A stretch of 64,000 nucleotides of DNA from the human T2T-CHM13v2.0 reference genome, Homo sapiens. The stretch lies in the NCBI RefSeq assembly GCF_009914755.1, contig NC_060930.1. One strand, written 5' to 3'. The notes under the pieces were generated by a model. The model ran no database searches, was not told the DNA's origin, and saw only the letters and a list, made by a program, of their open reading frames with translations. Positions 62,671 through 64,000 of this stretch are shown one piece after another. A program made the translations under genes and the position numbers. How positions within the stretch are numbered: the stretch's first letter is position 1; every line of letters begins with the position of its first letter.

Positions 62671-62899
62671 GTAAGTAAATTTAGCTATGAGTGTTGATGG
62701 ATTTTTGAAATCAGATAGGAGGAACCCTGATTCTCTGTTAAGAGACTTAGTTTCTGATCACCTCAGTTTAGCCTTTAGAGCCTGTGCCTCCCCTTGTTTT
62801 GAAAGTGCTCCCCTTTCCTTCAAGTGTGGACTTTATGTCCTCCTCCGTTTTCTACCCCTGGCAGTGAACACTACTAGGTGTTCAGCGGATGCCTGTGGA

Positions 62900-63350
62900 A
62901 CTGAACTCACCTCGATGTCCTTTGTGATGTCCTCTGGCATCTCTGTGGGCGGAGCTCCCTGCTACTCCCCTCTCCAGCCACAGGTCAGGCACGCTCCTTC
63001 CCAGGGCTCCTGTGTTTGATGCTACTCTGCCTGTCTACCTCAGACCCCCTCACGGCTCTTTACTTTATTCAGATATTCTCAAAGATCACCTTCTTAGAGA
63101 GGTCTTTTCTGATGACCTTATCTCAAATATCACTCATTTCCTTTTTATCCCCTTCCTTTGCTGCCTCTGCTTCCTTTGCTCACTTTTGGCCCTTATCACC
63201 ACATAGGCATCATAGGATCTATTTGTTTGCTTATTCGCTCACTCTCTCCCTCCTCCTAGAAATCAAGCTCCATGAGGGCAGACTTTGTCTTTTTCCATCT
63301 GCATCTCCAGCCCCTAGAAGGCGCACTTCACGTGTCTGCTGAGTACATGC
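62900..63350 (+). mobile_element. L2 3' end
   Basis: 'ctagaaatcaagctccatgagggcagactttgtc...catctccagcccctagaa'. Confidence 0.75.
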
Positions 63351-63559
63351 GTGAGTAGCTCCATAAACAGGACCTCATTTGGCTCCTTCACCAAATAGAG
63401 TGGGCTGTTTCTATTCATCAAAACCTCCAAATCCAGCACAGTGCCCGGCATGTCTACACATGCAATCAGTTTTTAAAGGAATGGAGAGAGGCCTTTGAGG
63501 GGGGATTCAAAAGCCACAGGGCCTCACCAGTCATATTCTTCCATGCCCTCCACAGTGCT

Positions 63560-63870
63560 TTAGATGCCATCCCAAAACATAGGTGCCGCCGAGGTGCATA
63601 GGGCAAGGCTTGCTGCGCTTCAGCATCATGTGAAAGCAGGTTAGCTTTTTTGACATGCTAGGCCTCTCAATACTATTATACTTGCTCAAACTTCTAGAAG
63701 TTTCCATGAATGATTTAAGTCCTGGGGAGCCCATCATGGTAGACTTTACAAATGCAGAGACAGTAGTGTGGAAAATCAAGTGAATTGTCCAAGGTCAAAA
63801 AATGACAAGTGGCGGAGGCGAGTTTTGAAGTCAGTTTGGCTAACCGCAGAGCCCAAGCTCCTAACTTAGG
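63560..63870 (-). mobile_element. MIR fragment
   Basis: 'tttacaaatgcagagac...aagtgaattgtccaaggtca...aagtggcggagg'. Confidence 0.6.
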
Positions 63871-64000
63871 TTCCATAGCTTCATCACGCAGGCTTGCTGT
63901 GACTGCTCCAGGACCCATTAAGATCAGTCTGAGCATTTGTCTTGCAAGTCAAGGGCAGCTATTGCATTTCTGCACAATCTTTACAGGTTAAACTTTGCTT

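Overview
Primate, almost certainly human, genomic DNA: it carries an AluYa5 with all five diagnostic bases. The window is rich in Alu, MIR and L2. I see no CpG island, no recognisable protein-coding exon and no RNA gene. The T-rich + strand and the excess of antisense Alus are consistent with the interior of a large intron transcribed on +, but that is inference and I cannot name the host gene. Most of the longer supplied ORFs are Alu, L1 or low-complexity translations. Repeat family names are from recall of consensus sequences and their boundaries are approximate. I found no convincing new multi-gene system. The strongest unexplained structure is a ~400 bp dispersed duplication (2590-2996 / 8044-8444). 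Its first 172 bp are 100% identical while the rest is ~5% diverged, and it carries overlapping sense and antisense exon-like splice signals. Other notable items are a perfect 16-bp inverted repeat with two AP-1 sites (29730-29774), a young AluYa5 with intact TSDs, and several candidate enhancer motif clusters.
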